NCBI GenBank assembly: GCA_964564865.1
Contig: CAZMDA010000014.1
Coordinates: 113-64,112, forward strand
Direction of reading: 5' to 3'
DNA: 64,000 nucleotides
DNA from: an uncultured Bordetella sp.
GTDB taxonomy: Bacteria; Pseudomonadota; Gammaproteobacteria; Burkholderiales; SG8-39
Shown: positions 42,181-55,990 of the stretch, one piece after another
Layout of the letters: every line of letters starts with the position of its first letter
Numbering within the stretch: position 1 is the first letter of the stretch
Position numbers and translations under genes: made by a program
Notes under the pieces: model-generated
What the model saw: the letters and a program-made list of their open reading frames with translations, nothing else
Told to the model about the DNA's origin: nothing
The model's database searches: none

Positions 42181-43098
42181 ATGCTGAAGCAAAGAACCCT
42201 CAAGTCCCTGGTCAAGGCCACCGGCGTGGGCCTGCACACCGGCCAGAAGGTGCTGATGACGCTGCGCCCGGCGCAGCCCGGCACCGGGATCGTGTTCCGG
42301 CGCATGGACCTCGCCTCGCCGGTGGCGATCCCGGCGCGCGCCGACGCGGTCGGCGAGACGCGCCTGTGCTCGTGCCTGGTGGCGGGCGACACCAAGGTCT
42401 ACACCGTGGAGCACCTGATGTCGGCGCTGGCGGGCCTGGGCGTGGACAACGCCTACGTCGATCTCGACGGCCCCGAGGTGCCGATCATGGACGGCAGCGC
42501 CGCGCCCTTCGCGCTGCTCATCAAGCAGGCGGGGCTGGAGGAGCAGAACGCCCCCAAGCGCTTCCTGCGGGTGACCAAGCGCATCGAGGCGCGCGACGGC
42601 GACAAGTGGGCGGCGCTGGAGCCCTTCGACGGCTTCAAGCTCAGCTTCTCGATCGTCTACACCCATCCGGTGATCGCGCGGTCGAACTCCACGCTCACGG
42701 TGGATTTCGCCCAGACGTCCTATCTTTCCGAAGTGGCGCGGGCGCGCACCTACGGCTTCATGCAGGACGTCGAGGACCTGCGCGAGTCCGGCCTCGCGCT
42801 GGGCGGGGGCCTGGACAACGCGGTGGTGCTGGACGAGTTCCGGGTGCTGAACGCCGAGGGCCTGCGGTTTGCGGATGAGTTCATCCGCCACAAGGTGCTG
42901 GACGCCATCGGCGACCTGTACCTGCTGGGCAGCCCGCTGCTGGCGGCCTTCAGCGCCCACAAGTCCGGCCATGCGCTGAACAACCGGCTGCTGCTGGCGT
43001 TGCTGGCCGAGCCCTCGGCGGTGGAGGCGGTTACCTTCGACCGCGCCGAGGAGGCGCCGGCGGGGGTGTTGGGCCTGCTGCGCCAGCTTCCGGTTTAA
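42181..43098 (+). CDS. lpxC: UDP-3-O-acyl-GlcNAc deacetylase
   Basis: [30 protein letters not shown]. Confidence 0.97.
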   Translation: MLKQRTLKSLVKATGVGLHTGQKVLMTLRPAQPGTGIVFRRMDLASPVAIPARADAVGETRLCSCLVAGDTKVYTVEHLMSALAGLGVDNAYVDLDGPEVPIMDGSAAPFALLIKQAGLEEQNAPKRFLRVTKRIEARDGDKWAALEPFDGFKLSFSIVYTHPVIARSNSTLTVDFAQTSYLSEVARARTYGFMQDVEDLRESGLALGGGLDNAVVLDEFRVLNAEGLRFADEFIRHKVLDAIGDLYLLGSPLLAAFSAHKSGHALNNRLLLALLAEPSAVEAVTFDRAEEAPAGVLGLLRQLPV

Positions 43099-43537
43099 CT
43101 TGATGATCCAGAAGGTTTTTCAGGGCCGCCCGGGCGGGGGAGTCGGCCAGGGCCTGGTGCAGCCTGCGCAGCGCGCTGGCGGCCTGCGGCGACAGTTTCC
43201 GGGAGGGCCGTCCGGACCCGGTTTCCCGGGCGTCGCCGGGTTGCACCCTCACGGAAACTGAATTAACCTTCGCCCCTCTTTTTGACAGGAATTGACACAG
43301 GCTTTCCGAGAGGAGCCTGAGCTTGGCCGCCGCAGCCGGAGTCGCGGCGAGCACCACAAGCTGACCGTCCTTGAGATTCGCCGCCCGGACCCGTTGGGCG
43401 AGCTCGGGCGGAAGAAAATCGCCACACAACCTGGACAGCGCGTTGATTTCAAGCGCTTTTTCAACCAGGGGCTGGAAGTCGGCGTCGGACCGCAGCAAGC
43501 GGACGATTCTGGAAGGTCGCACGGTAGGGTGACGCAA
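43031..43537 (-). CDS. dciA: DciA/DUF721 helicase-loader-like protein
   Basis: KH-like [17 protein letters not shown]; conserved position between lpxC and M23/secA; start uncertain. Confidence 0.7.
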   Translation of the reverse strand: MRHPTVRPSRIVRLLRSDADFQPLVEKALEINALSRLCGDFLPPELAQRVRAANLKDGQLVVLAATPAAAAKLRLLSESLCQFLSKRGAKVNSVSVRVQPGDARETGSGRPSRKLSPQAASALRRLHQALADSPARAALKNLLDHQVKPEAGAAGPTPPPAPPRRGRR

Positions 43538-43557
43538 GGATAGACGAGGGAGATTGC

Positions 43558-44505
43558 GTGCAGATTATCCTGATCTCGAGCCGGCTGGCGAAAGCGAGGA
43601 CCCTGTCGCTTTCGCTCGCGCACCTGCTGGCCTCGCTCGCGCTCGGCGGCCTGGTGCTGGTGCTCCTCACCGGCGCGCTGTACTGGTTCAGCCTGCGCTT
43701 TGCCTCCGAGATCCGCATCCCCGTCATCCACGAGCTGGTGCTCGCGGCGCAGCGCTCCGAGGCCGACCGCTCGCGCGAGTTCGTGCAGCAGAACCTGAAC
43801 GCGATGGCGGTGAAGATCGGGGAGATGCAGGCGCAGCTCACCCGCCTGGACGCGCTGGGCGAGCGGCTCTCGTCCATGGCCGGCCTGCGGCCGCAGGAGT
43901 TCCGCTTCTCCGAGCCCCCCGGCTTGGGCGGGGCGGCCTCGACGCTGATGCCGCCGCAGAACCTGTCGCTGTCGCAGTTCAGCGCGCGGGTCGACAGCCT
44001 GTCGCGGGAGATGGAGGCGCGCGTCGACCTGCTGGGCGTGCTGGAGGCGCAGCTGTTCGAGCAGGCGGTGAAGAAGAAGGCGCTGCCGACCATGATGCCG
44101 GTGAACGCGCCGTTCAACGCCTCGGGCTTCGGCTACCGGATCGACCCCTTCACCGGGCAGCAGGCGATGCACGAAGGCATCGATTTCATCACCGACACCG
44201 GCACGCCGGTGGTCGCGGCCGCCGGCGGCGTGGTGCAGTTCGCCGGCTTCCACCCCCAGTACGGCAACATGATCGACATCGACCACGGCAACGAGCTGGT
44301 GACGCGCTACGCGCACCTGTCCAAGCTCGGCGTGAAGGAAGGCGACCTGGTGCAGCGCGGGCGGCGCATCGGCGACAGCGGCAGCACCGGCCGCTCCACC
44401 GGCCCGCACCTGCACTTCGAGGTCCGCTTCCGCGGCGCGCCGCAGAATCCCGCCAAGTTCCTCCTCGCGCACAATCCGCCGCAGCCGCTCGCGCGGCGCA
44501 AGTAG
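43558..44505 (+). CDS. M23-family metallopeptidase
   Basis: HEGID (HxxxD), HLS, STGPHLHFEV. Confidence 0.92.
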   Translation: MQIILISSRLAKARTLSLSLAHLLASLALGGLVLVLLTGALYWFSLRFASEIRIPVIHELVLAAQRSEADRSREFVQQNLNAMAVKIGEMQAQLTRLDALGERLSSMAGLRPQEFRFSEPPGLGGAASTLMPPQNLSLSQFSARVDSLSREMEARVDLLGVLEAQLFEQAVKKKALPTMMPVNAPFNASGFGYRIDPFTGQQAMHEGIDFITDTGTPVVAAAGGVVQFAGFHPQYGNMIDIDHGNELVTRYAHLSKLGVKEGDLVQRGRRIGDSGSTGRSTGPHLHFEVRFRGAPQNPAKFLLAHNPPQPLARRK

Positions 44506-44621
44506 CCGGCGCGGCGGGTCTGCGCCCCGGGCGCGCCCCTGCGGCGTGCTAAAATCTTTTTCTTTTACCGGGGCTTAGCGTGCCCCGGGCGCCCGATTTT
44601 CCCCAGCATGCCAGCCCACTG

Positions 44622-47410
<2,789 letters not shown>

Positions 47411-47411
<1 letters not shown>

Positions 47412-48622
47412 TGGCCGTCCGGCTCGACCCTCCCGATCCCGCTGCGCTGCACCCGGTTCCCGGGGTGGAGCTGGGCATCGCCATGGCCGGGGTGAAGAAG
47501 GCCAACCGCAAGGACGTGCTGGTGGTCCGCGTGGCGCCCGGCAGCGCGGTGGCGGGCGTGTTCACGAAGAACCGCTTCTGCGCCGCGCCGGTGGTGCTGG
47601 CGAAGAAGAACATCGGCAACGCCGTGCGCGCGCTGGTGGTGAACACCGGCAACGCCAATGCCGGGACCGGCAAGGAAGGACTCAGGCGCGCCAACGCGGT
47701 CTGCGCCGCCCTCGCGAAGCACCTCGGATGCAAGCCGAACCAGGTGCTGCCGTTCTCGACCGGCGTGATCATGGAGCAGCTGCCGGAGGCGAAGATCGTC
47801 GCCGGGCTGCCGGCCGCGATCTCGGACCTGAGACCCGCCAACTGGGCTTCCGCCGCGGAAGCCATCATGACCACCGACACCATCGCCAAGGCCGCTTCGC
47901 GCATGGTGGAGCTCTCCACCGGCGTGGCCACCGTCACCGGGATCGCCAAGGGCTCGGGGATGATCCGGCCGGACATGGCTACGATGCTGGGGTTTCTCGC
48001 CACTGACGCAAAAGTCTCCCGCTTGGAACTCCAGCGCATCACGCGAACGGCCGCGGACCGGTCGTTCAATGCCATCACGGTGGATGGGGACACGTCGACG
48101 AACGATGCGTTCGTGTGTCTCGCCACCGGAAAAGGCCCGGTGGCGAGATCGATGAAAGACAAAGACCTTCTGGCGAAGGCGATCACCGAGGTTTCGCAGG
48201 TGCTCGCCCAGGCCATCGTGCGCGACGGCGAGGGCGCGACCAAGTTCGTCACCGTGACCGTGGAAAAGGGCAGGAGCGAGGCCGAGTGCCGCAAGGTGGC
48301 CTACGCCATCGCGCACTCGCCGCTGGTGAAGACCGCGCTGTTCGCCTCCGACCCGAACCTGGGCCGCATCCTCGCCGCGGTGGGCTACGCCGGGATCGCC
48401 GACCTCGACACCTCGAAAGTCGACCTGTCCCTCGACGACGTCCTCGTCGCCAAGGGCGGCGCGCGCCATGCCGGCTACCGCGAGGCGCAGGGCGCGGCGG
48501 TGATGAAGCAGGACGAGATCACGATCCGGGTGCGGCTCAACCGCGGCAAGGCGGCGGCCACGGTGTGGACCTGCGATTTCTCCTACGACTACGTGAAGAT
48601 CAACGCCGAGTACCGGACATGA
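47411..48622 (+). CDS. argJ: Ornithine acetyltransferase ArgJ
   Basis: [37 protein letters not shown]. Confidence 0.96.
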
Positions 48623-49479
48623 GCCAGTCTATCGACAAGTTGCTGGAGCGCCTGGACCAGCTGCTGCCGCCGCCGCCGCCCGCGACCGACTGGGGCGCGA
48701 GCATCGCCTTCCGCTGGCGCCGGGCGGTGGGACCCAACGGACGCGGCTGGCTGCAGCCTGTGAAGCACGTGCACAAGATGAAGCTCTCCGACCTGCAGGG
48801 CATCGGCCCCCAGATCGCCAAGGTGGAGCAGAACACGAAGCAGTTCATGGACGGCCGCCCGGCCAACAACGTGCTCCTCACCGGCGCGCGCGGCACCGGC
48901 AAGTCCTCCATCGTGAAGGGGCTGCTGAACAAGTACCACCGGCAGGGCCTGCGGCTGGTCGAGGTCGAGAAAAGCGACCTCGGCGACCTGCCGGCGATCA
49001 CCGACGCGCTGTCCGCGCGCCCGGAGCGGTTCCTGGTCTTCTGCGACGACCTCACCTTCCACGGCGCGGAGGAGGGCTACATCGCGCTCAAGGTGGCGCT
49101 GGACGGCTCCATCTCCACCACCTCCGAGAACATGCTCATCTACGCCACCTCCAACCGGCGCCACCTGATGCCGGAGTACATGGCCGAGAACCTCGAGACC
49201 AAGTACGTCGGCGACGAGATCCACCCCGGCGAGACCGCGGAGGAGAAGATTTCCCTGTCCGAGCGCTTCGGCCTGTGGGTGTCCTTCTATCCCTTCGACC
49301 AGGACGAGTACCTCGCCATCGTCGCGCACTGGCTGAAGACCTTCGGCTGCTCGGCGAAGGAGATCGAGTCGGCGCGCGAGGAGACGCTGCAGTGGTCCAT
49401 GCAGCGGGGCTCGCGCAGCGGCCGCATCGCCTACCAGTTCGCGCGGGACTGGGCCGGGCGCCACGCCAAGAAGAAGTAG
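48619..49479 (+). CDS. DUF815 AAA+ ATPase
   Basis: [23 protein letters not shown]. Confidence 0.9.
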   Translation: MSQSIDKLLERLDQLLPPPPPATDWGASIAFRWRRAVGPNGRGWLQPVKHVHKMKLSDLQGIGPQIAKVEQNTKQFMDGRPANNVLLTGARGTGKSSIVKGLLNKYHRQGLRLVEVEKSDLGDLPAITDALSARPERFLVFCDDLTFHGAEEGYIALKVALDGSISTTSENMLIYATSNRRHLMPEYMAENLETKYVGDEIHPGETAEEKISLSERFGLWVSFYPFDQDEYLAIVAHWLKTFGCSAKEIESAREETLQWSMQRGSRSGRIAYQFARDWAGRHAKKK

Positions 49480-50402
49480 TGGTCGAGGTCGCCGCCGCCG
49501 TCATCGAGCGCGCGGACGGCAGTTTCCTGCTCGCGCAGCGCCCCGCCGGCAAGGTGTACGCCGGCTGGTGGGAGTTTCCCGGCGGCAAGGTGGAGGCAGG
49601 CGAGCCCTCGGCCGACGCGCTCGCGCGCGAGCTGCGCGAGGAGATCGGCATCGAGGTGGTGAAGGCCTACCCCTGGGTGTCGCGCGTGCACGTCTACGAG
49701 CACGCCGTGGTCATGCTGCATTTCTACCGGGTGGTGGAGTGGCGCGGCGAGCCGCACGCGCGCGAGGGCCAGGCGCTCGCCTGGCAGCGCCCCGGGGAGC
49801 CCGCGCTGGAGCCGATGCTGCCCGCCAACGGGCCGGTGCTGGCGTCGCTGGCGCTGCCGCTGGAGTACGCCATCACCGACGCGGAGTCGCTCGGCCTGGA
49901 GGGCATGCTTGCCTACGCCGAGATGCGGCTCGCGCAGGGGCTGCGCATGATCCAGGTGCGGGACAAGGCGCTGCCGGAGCGCGACCTGCTCATCAGCGAG
50001 TTGAAGCAGAGGGCGGCGCGCCATGGGGCGCGGATCCTCGTGAACGGCGGGCCCGTAGGAGAAAACACCGCGGATGGCATCCACTACACCGCCGCGCAAC
50101 TGATGAAGCTGAAGTCGCGGCCGCCGGAGATCCTCGCCGGCGCGTCCTGCCACACGGTGCAGGAGCTCGGCCACGCCATGGCCATCGGGCTGGACTTCGC
50201 GGTGCTGGGGCCGGTGCGCGCCACGGCGACCCACCCGGGGGCGCAGACGCTGGGCTGGGAGGGCTTCGCGCGGATCGCGGCGAACGCCTCGATCCCGGTG
50301 TACGCCATCGGCGGGCTGACGGCGGAGGACCTGGACAACGCGCGCGCCGCGGGCGCGCACGGGCTGGCGATGATCCGGGGCAGCTGGACGGCCCGGATGT
50401 AA
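49479..50402 (+). CDS. Nudix (MutT-like) / thiamine phosphate synthase-like fusion
   Basis: Nudix box GGKVEAGEPSADALARELREEIG; C-terminal ASCH...YAIGG. Confidence 0.88.
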   Translation: MVEVAAAVIERADGSFLLAQRPAGKVYAGWWEFPGGKVEAGEPSADALARELREEIGIEVVKAYPWVSRVHVYEHAVVMLHFYRVVEWRGEPHAREGQALAWQRPGEPALEPMLPANGPVLASLALPLEYAITDAESLGLEGMLAYAEMRLAQGLRMIQVRDKALPERDLLISELKQRAARHGARILVNGGPVGENTADGIHYTAAQLMKLKSRPPEILAGASCHTVQELGHAMAIGLDFAVLGPVRATATHPGAQTLGWEGFARIAANASIPVYAIGGLTAEDLDNARAAGAHGLAMIRGSWTARM

Positions 50403-50417
50403 CCGATCGGTTACATC
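50396..50417. repeat. Second type B palindrome (22 bp: GATGTAACCGATCGGTTACATC) containing the Nudix gene stop codon
   Basis: 20-bp core identical to 15772-15791; lies between convergent genes. Confidence 0.9.
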
Positions 50418-50436
50418 GGCGCCGCCCCGGGCGGTG

Positions 50437-50721
50437 CTACTTCAACTCCACCTCGACGAACACGAACTCGTGCGGGTTCGGGTTCACGACGTTGTGCTCC
50501 ACCCCGGCCGGCCGCGCGTAGGACTGGCCGAAGGCGAGCTCGGTGACGATCTCCCCGTTGGCGGTCTCCTGCATCAGCTTGCCGGCGGTGAGCACCACTA
50601 CGATGTAGTCGTGGGCATGCCGGTGCCAGCCGGTCTCGGCGCCCGGCGCGAAGCGCCACTCGGTGACCAGGGCGCGGCCGGTTTCCTGCAGCAGCCTGGA
50701 GGTGGCCTGCGGGCGGCTCAC
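50437..50721 (-). CDS. Small cupin, BauB-like
   Basis: [16 protein letters not shown]...RPAGVEHNV...FVEVELK. Confidence 0.8.
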   Translation of the reverse strand: MSRPQATSRLLQETGRALVTEWRFAPGAETGWHRHAHDYIVVVLTAGKLMQETANGEIVTELAFGQSYARPAGVEHNVVNPNPHEFVFVEVELK

Positions 50722-50903
50722 GGGCCCGGCTCCTTGACGTTGTCGTCGTCCGGTCCGGATTCCACCGGCACCCGGTAGCGCTCCTCGGCCCAGGCGCCGA
50801 GGTCGATCAGCTTGCAGCGCTCGCTGCAGAACGGGCGCCAGGCGTTCTCCGGGGTGAACGGCGTCTTCCGCCCGCAGCGCGGGCAGGCGACTTCGCGGAT
50901 CAC
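50718..50903 (-). CDS. yacG: DNA gyrase inhibitor YacG
   Basis: CPRC...[16 protein letters not shown]. Confidence 0.93.
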   Translation of the reverse strand: MIREVACPRCGRKTPFTPENAWRPFCSERCKLIDLGAWAEERYRVPVESGPDDDNVKEPGP

Positions 50904-51658
50904 AGGTTGCAGAACGTCAGCTCGAAGGCGACGTCCCAGTCCGCGGTCTTGGCGCGCGCCTCCTCGCCGTTCTGCGCCAGGAAGCGGATGTTGAGGACGT
51001 ACTTGTTGGCGCTGATCTCGGGCACGCAGGCAAGGTCGTTGGCGAGGCGCACGCGCAGCATCTGCGCGGTCTTGCCCCCCAGCATCTGCTGGAAGGTGCC
51101 CAGGGGCGCGGTGAGCGATTGCGGCTTGCCCGACTCGCGCAGGATGCGCAGGATGATCGCGGTGCCGTCGCGCAGGGGATACAGCGGACTGGTCCAGGCG
51201 GCCAGCTGCCCGATGCGCTCCTCGGCCGGGCGGTGCAGCCAGTAGTGGTAGGAGGGCAGGTCGAACTCGCAGGCGCCGCCGGGGATGCCGGTGCGCTGCT
51301 TGATGGACATCAGCCAGTCGTTCTCGCGGATGTACTGGCCGATCTTGCCGGTCATGGAGAACAGGGCGGCGGAAGCCTGCTCGATGTCGCGCAGCACGCC
51401 CGTCAGCGCGTCCTCGGAGATCTCGGGGTTGTTGCGGAACGTAAGCAGCACCTGCTTCTGGCGCTCCAGTTCCTGCAGCAGGTCGGACTTCAGGTCGGCC
51501 CGGCCGGCGACCTCGATGATCTCGAACAGCGTCAGCAACGCGACGTGGTGGTCCAGCGGGTCGGTGCGAGCGATGAAGTGCCGGGAACGCTCGAACAGGT
51601 CTTCCAGGCGCAGCAGCGTCCGGATCCGTTCGTTCAGCGGGTACTCGTAAGTGACCAC
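50900..51658 (-). CDS. zapD: Cell division protein ZapD
   Basis: [33 protein letters not shown]. Confidence 0.95.
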   Translation of the reverse strand: MVTYEYPLNERIRTLLRLEDLFERSRHFIARTDPLDHHVALLTLFEIIEVAGRADLKSDLLQELERQKQVLLTFRNNPEISEDALTGVLRDIEQASAALFSMTGKIGQYIRENDWLMSIKQRTGIPGGACEFDLPSYHYWLHRPAEERIGQLAAWTSPLYPLRDGTAIILRILRESGKPQSLTAPLGTFQQMLGGKTAQMLRVRLANDLACVPEISANKYVLNIRFLAQNGEEARAKTADWDVAFELTFCNL

Positions 51659-51735
51659 GTCCGGGCGCGCCTCATCCTGGAAGGCGAAAACGCCCGGATT
51701 CTGAGGGATTTACGAAGCCAACACAAATTGCTTTC

Positions 51736-52338
51736 TCAACTGCGCGCCAGTTCGAGATAGGTCCGGTGCAGTTTCCGGACCTGATTTTGCAGTGCAGCAA
51801 TGGTGCCGGAGTTGTCGATCACGTCGTCCGCCGCGGCCAGCCTTTTCGCCCTGGGAACCTGGCTGCGCATGATGGCCTGCACCGCCTCGGCCGAGAGCCC
51901 GCTGCGGGCGCGCACGCGCTCCACCTGCAGGTCTTCGGGGCAGTCCACCACCAGCACCCGCTGCACCCGCCGGCGGTAGTCGGCGGACTCGACCAGCAGC
52001 GGCACCACGTGCACCACGTAGGGTTCCGTCGCGGCGGCGATCCGGCGCTCGGATTCGGCGCGGATCATGGGGTGCAGCAGCGCCTCCAGGCGCCGCTTCG
52101 CCGCCGGGTCGGAGAACACGCGCTCGCGCACCGCCTTGCGGTCCATGGCGCCGTCGGGGGCGATGGCGGCGTCGCCGAACAGCGCGCGCACGCCGTCGAT
52201 CGCCGCGCCGCCCGCGCGCGTCAGTTCATGCGCGATGCGGTCGGTGTCCACCACCGCCGCGCCCAGGCGCTCGAACTCGTCCGCGGCCGCGCTCTTGCCG
52301 CTGCCGATGCCCCCGGTGAGGCCGACGACGAAGGCCAC
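51736..52338 (-). CDS. coaE: Dephospho-CoA kinase
   Basis: GLTGGIGSGKS, LHPMI, ADDVIDN. Confidence 0.96.
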   Translation of the reverse strand: MAFVVGLTGGIGSGKSAAADEFERLGAAVVDTDRIAHELTRAGGAAIDGVRALFGDAAIAPDGAMDRKAVRERVFSDPAAKRRLEALLHPMIRAESERRIAAATEPYVVHVVPLLVESADYRRRVQRVLVVDCPEDLQVERVRARSGLSAEAVQAIMRSQVPRAKRLAAADDVIDNSGTIAALQNQVRKLHRTYLELARS

Positions 52339-52342
52339 GCGC

Positions 52343-53218
52343 TCAGGCGCCCGGCAGGTACCAGCGCAGGATCGGCCCGCCCCAGAAGAGCGCCACCACG
52401 CCCGCGATGGCGATGTAGGGGCCGAAGTGGAAGCGGAAGTTGGCGTCCCAGCCGCCGCGCGCCGCGATCATCTGCGCCACGCCGAATACCAGGCCCACGC
52501 CCGCCGAGACCAGGATCACCAGCGGCAGCATCTTCCAGCCGACGAACGCGCCTACCGCCGCGTGCATCTTGAAATCGCCGTAGCCCATGCCCTCCTTGCC
52601 GGTGGCGAGCTTGAACGCCCAGTAGATGCTCCACAGCGACAGGTAACCGGCGGCGGCGCCGATCACCGCCTGCTCGGGGGTGGTGTAGGTGGCGCCGAGG
52701 TTCAGCAGCAGCCCGGCCCACATCAGCGGCAGGGTGATGTCGTCGGGCAGGTAGCCGGTGGCCTGGTCGATGAAGGCGAGCGCGATCGCGCACCAGATGA
52801 ACAGCGCCGCGCCGGCCGCCGCGAGGCCGAAGCCGAAATGCCAGGCGGCCCAGCCCGCGCCCAGGCCGGCCAGCAGCTCGACGGCCGGGTAGCGCAGCGG
52901 GATGCGCGCGCCGCAGCCGGCGCACTTGCCGCGCAGCGCGAGCCAGCTCACGAGCGGGACGTTCTCCAGGGCGCGGATGCCGCGACCGCAGGACGGGCAG
53001 GCCGAGCGCGGCACGAACAGGTTGTAGCGCCCCGCGTCCCGGAGCTCCGGGGGCAGCGGCGTGCCGGCGATCTCGGCGCACTCCTCGCGCCAGCCGCGCT
53101 CCATCATCCGCGGCAGGCGGTGGATCACCACGTTGAGGAAGGACCCGGCGCACAGCCCGAAGGCGAGCGCCACCCAGGGAAAGACGCCGGGCTGGGTGAG
53201 CCAGCCCAGTTCGCTCAT
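52343..53218 (-). CDS. pilD: Prepilin peptidase/N-methyltransferase
   Basis: RSACPSC, KCAGC, LPDDIT, GMGYGDFK, FGPY. Confidence 0.93.
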   Translation of the reverse strand: MSELGWLTQPGVFPWVALAFGLCAGSFLNVVIHRLPRMMERGWREECAEIAGTPLPPELRDAGRYNLFVPRSACPSCGRGIRALENVPLVSWLALRGKCAGCGARIPLRYPAVELLAGLGAGWAAWHFGFGLAAAGAALFIWCAIALAFIDQATGYLPDDITLPLMWAGLLLNLGATYTTPEQAVIGAAAGYLSLWSIYWAFKLATGKEGMGYGDFKMHAAVGAFVGWKMLPLVILVSAGVGLVFGVAQMIAARGGWDANFRFHFGPYIAIAGVVALFWGGPILRWYLPGA

Positions 53219-53234
53219 CGCGCGGAACGAGGGC

Positions 53235-54455
53235 TCAGACGGCGGCGCCGAGCTTGAAGATCGGCAGGTACATCGCCACCACCATGCCGCCGATCAGGGT
53301 GCCCAGCACCACCATGATGATCGGCTCCATCAGCGAGGACAGCGCCTCGACCGCCTCGTCCACCTCGGCCTCGAAGAAGTCCGCCACCTTGCCCAGCATG
53401 GCGTCGAGCGCGCCGGTTTCCTCGCCGATCAGGCACATCTGGATCACCATCGGCGGGAACACGCCGGAGTTCTGCATCGCCACCGTGAGCGAGGTGCCGG
53501 TGGAGACCTCGCCCTTGATCTTGATGGTGGCCTCCATGTAGACGTAGTTGCCCGAGGCGCCGCCCACGGAATCGAGCGCCTCCACCAGCGGCACGCCGGC
53601 GGAGAACATGGTCGACAGGGTGCGCGTCCAGCGCGCGATCGCGGCCTTCCTCAGCAGCGGGCCGAAGATCGGCGCCTTGAGGCTCAGCTTGTCCATGAAG
53701 ATCTGCACCGCGAGCGAGCGCTTCCAGGCCTCGAGGAAGCCGTACACGCCGCCGATCATGGCCGGGAACACGATGTACCAGTTGGCCACCGTCCAGTCCG
53801 AGATGCCCATCACCACGAGCGTCGGCGCCGGCAGGTCGGCGCCGAAGCTGGAGAACACGCTCTTGAAGGCCGGGATCACGAAGATCATGATCACCGCGGT
53901 GATGACGATCGCGACCACGATGATCGACACCGGGTAGAACAGCGCCGACTTGATCTTGGCCTTGATGGCGAGCGTCTTTTCCTTGTAGACCGCCAGCCGA
54001 TCCAGCAGCGTCTCGAGGATGCCGGCCTGCTCGCCGGCATGCACCAGGTTGCAGTACAGGGCGTCGAAGTACAGCGGGTACTTGCGGAACGCCTGCGCCA
54101 GCGACGAGCCGGTCTCGACCTCGGTCTTGATGTCCCCCAGCAGCTTGGCCACCGCCGGGTTGGTGGCGCCCTTGCCGACGATGTCGAAGGCCTGCAGCAG
54201 CGGCACGCCCGCCTTCATCATGGTGGCCATCTGGCGCGTGAACAGCGCCACGTCCTTCTCGCCCACCTTGCCGCCGCTGCTGGTGCGCTGCTTCTTGACC
54301 TTGGAGACGGTGATGCCCTGGCGGCGCAGCGTGGCCTGCACCACGTTCTCGCCGGCGGCGCGGACCTCGCCGCGCACCACCTTGCCGGCCTTGTCCTTGC
54401 CTTCCCAGGTAAAGGTGAACTCTTTGGGTTTTGCCGCCGCCGCCGCTGTCGCCAT
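53235..54455 (-). CDS. pilC: Type IV pilus/T2SS platform protein
   Basis: FTRQMATMMKAGVPL, GEQAGIL, GEETGALD, MYLPIF. Confidence 0.93.
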   Translation of the reverse strand: MATAAAAAKPKEFTFTWEGKDKAGKVVRGEVRAAGENVVQATLRRQGITVSKVKKQRTSSGGKVGEKDVALFTRQMATMMKAGVPLLQAFDIVGKGATNPAVAKLLGDIKTEVETGSSLAQAFRKYPLYFDALYCNLVHAGEQAGILETLLDRLAVYKEKTLAIKAKIKSALFYPVSIIVVAIVITAVIMIFVIPAFKSVFSSFGADLPAPTLVVMGISDWTVANWYIVFPAMIGGVYGFLEAWKRSLAVQIFMDKLSLKAPIFGPLLRKAAIARWTRTLSTMFSAGVPLVEALDSVGGASGNYVYMEATIKIKGEVSTGTSLTVAMQNSGVFPPMVIQMCLIGEETGALDAMLGKVADFFEAEVDEAVEALSSLMEPIIMVVLGTLIGGMVVAMYLPIFKLGAAV

Positions 54456-54603
54456 GGTCTAGGACTCCCCTGGGTCGTACGCCCCCGTGCCGGATTCTAG
54501 CCGGCAGCTTGCGATGATGCCCTCCGGCCAAGTTTTTGTAAAGCCTGAGGAAATCGCGCTAACGCCATGACGTTTTTCGGAAATAATTGGCATTCCAGGA
54601 GCC

Positions 54604-55932
54604 CTAGCCGGGTTCCGCCGGCGCCTCCTCGGGCGGCCGGAACAGGCGCACCGTCTTCACCGAGCGGCCCTGGGCGTGGACGATCTCCATCGGCACGCCG
54701 GCGATCTTCATGGACACGTCCGCCTCCGGGATGTCCTGCAGGTGCTCCAGGATCAGGCCGTTGAGTGTCTTCGGGCCGTCGGTGGGCAGGTCCAGCCCGA
54801 GCGCCCGGTTCACCTCCCGCACCGGCATGCTGCCGTCGGCCGCGGCGACGCCGTCGGCGTCCCAGGCGAGCGCCGGCGCCGCGCCCGGCAGGGTGGTGGT
54901 GAACTTGCCGACGATCTCCTCGACGATGTCCTCCAGGGTGGCGAGGCCCATCAGCTCGCCGTACTCGTCCACCACCAGCGCGAGGCGCTCCTGGTTCTCC
55001 TGGAAGTACTGCAGCTGGGTGATCACCGGCGTGCTCGCCGGGACATAGTAGGGCTCGTCCAGCAGCCCCTCCAGCGCCGCCTTGTCGAGCGCGCCGGCGG
55101 CGAGCAGCGCCACCACCCGGCGCATCTGCAGCACGCCGGCGATCTCCTCGCCGGCGCCGTCCCCGCCCCGGTCCTTGAACACCGGGATGTGGCGGTGCAG
55201 GGAGGTCGTGAGCTGGCGGGCGATGGTCTCGATGTCGTCGTCCAGGCGGATGGCCTCGATGCGCGCGCGCGGCACCATCACGTCCTGGACGGTGATCGCC
55301 TGGATGTCGAAGAGGTTCAACAACATCGAGACGTGCTTCTTCGGCATGAAGCGCGAGGACTCCAGCACCAGGGTGCGGATCTCCTCCGCGCTGAGCGGCT
55401 CGCCGCCGCCCTCCACGTGCCGGACGCGCAGCAGGCGCAGGAGCGGCGTCAGGATCGCGTTGGTGGAGAACGTGAGCAGGCGCACGAACGGCGCGGCGAT
55501 CGCGGCCAGCGCCCGCATCGGCCAGGCGACCAGCTTGGCCACGCCCTCGGCGTTGATCTGGCCCAGGCGCTTGGGCACCAGCTCGCCGACGACGATGGAG
55601 ACGTAGGTCACCGCGATCACCACCAGCACGGTGGCGACGATGCCGCTCAGCCTGGGCTCCATCCCGAGGGACTGCATCCATTGCGCGAACGGCGGCGCCA
55701 GCAGCGCCTCGCCGAAGATGCCGTTCATGAGGCCGATCGCGGTGATCCCGATCTGCACCGTGGACAGGAAGTGGGTCGGGTCGGCGGCGATCTTCGCCGC
55801 GGCGGCCGCGAGCCGGTCGCCGTTGCTTGCCATCGCCTGCAGGCGCGGGCGGCGCGCGGTGAGCAGCGCCACCTCCGACATGGCGAACAGGCCGTTGACC
55901 AGGATCAGGATGGCGAGAATCGCGATTTCCAT
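54604..55932 (-). CDS. HlyC/CorC (CNNM-CBS) transporter
   Basis: NGLFAMSE, GELVPK, VDEYG, LEDIVEEIVG. Confidence 0.92.
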   Translation of the reverse strand: MEIAILAILILVNGLFAMSEVALLTARRPRLQAMASNGDRLAAAAAKIAADPTHFLSTVQIGITAIGLMNGIFGEALLAPPFAQWMQSLGMEPRLSGIVATVLVVIAVTYVSIVVGELVPKRLGQINAEGVAKLVAWPMRALAAIAAPFVRLLTFSTNAILTPLLRLLRVRHVEGGGEPLSAEEIRTLVLESSRFMPKKHVSMLLNLFDIQAITVQDVMVPRARIEAIRLDDDIETIARQLTTSLHRHIPVFKDRGGDGAGEEIAGVLQMRRVVALLAAGALDKAALEGLLDEPYYVPASTPVITQLQYFQENQERLALVVDEYGELMGLATLEDIVEEIVGKFTTTLPGAAPALAWDADGVAAADGSMPVREVNRALGLDLPTDGPKTLNGLILEHLQDIPEADVSMKIAGVPMEIVHAQGRSVKTVRLFRPPEEAPAEPG

Positions 55933-55990
55933 GGCGCACTCCAGGTAAAGGCGGTCCGCGCGGCGGCAGGCCGCCGCGCGCGGTCAACGG

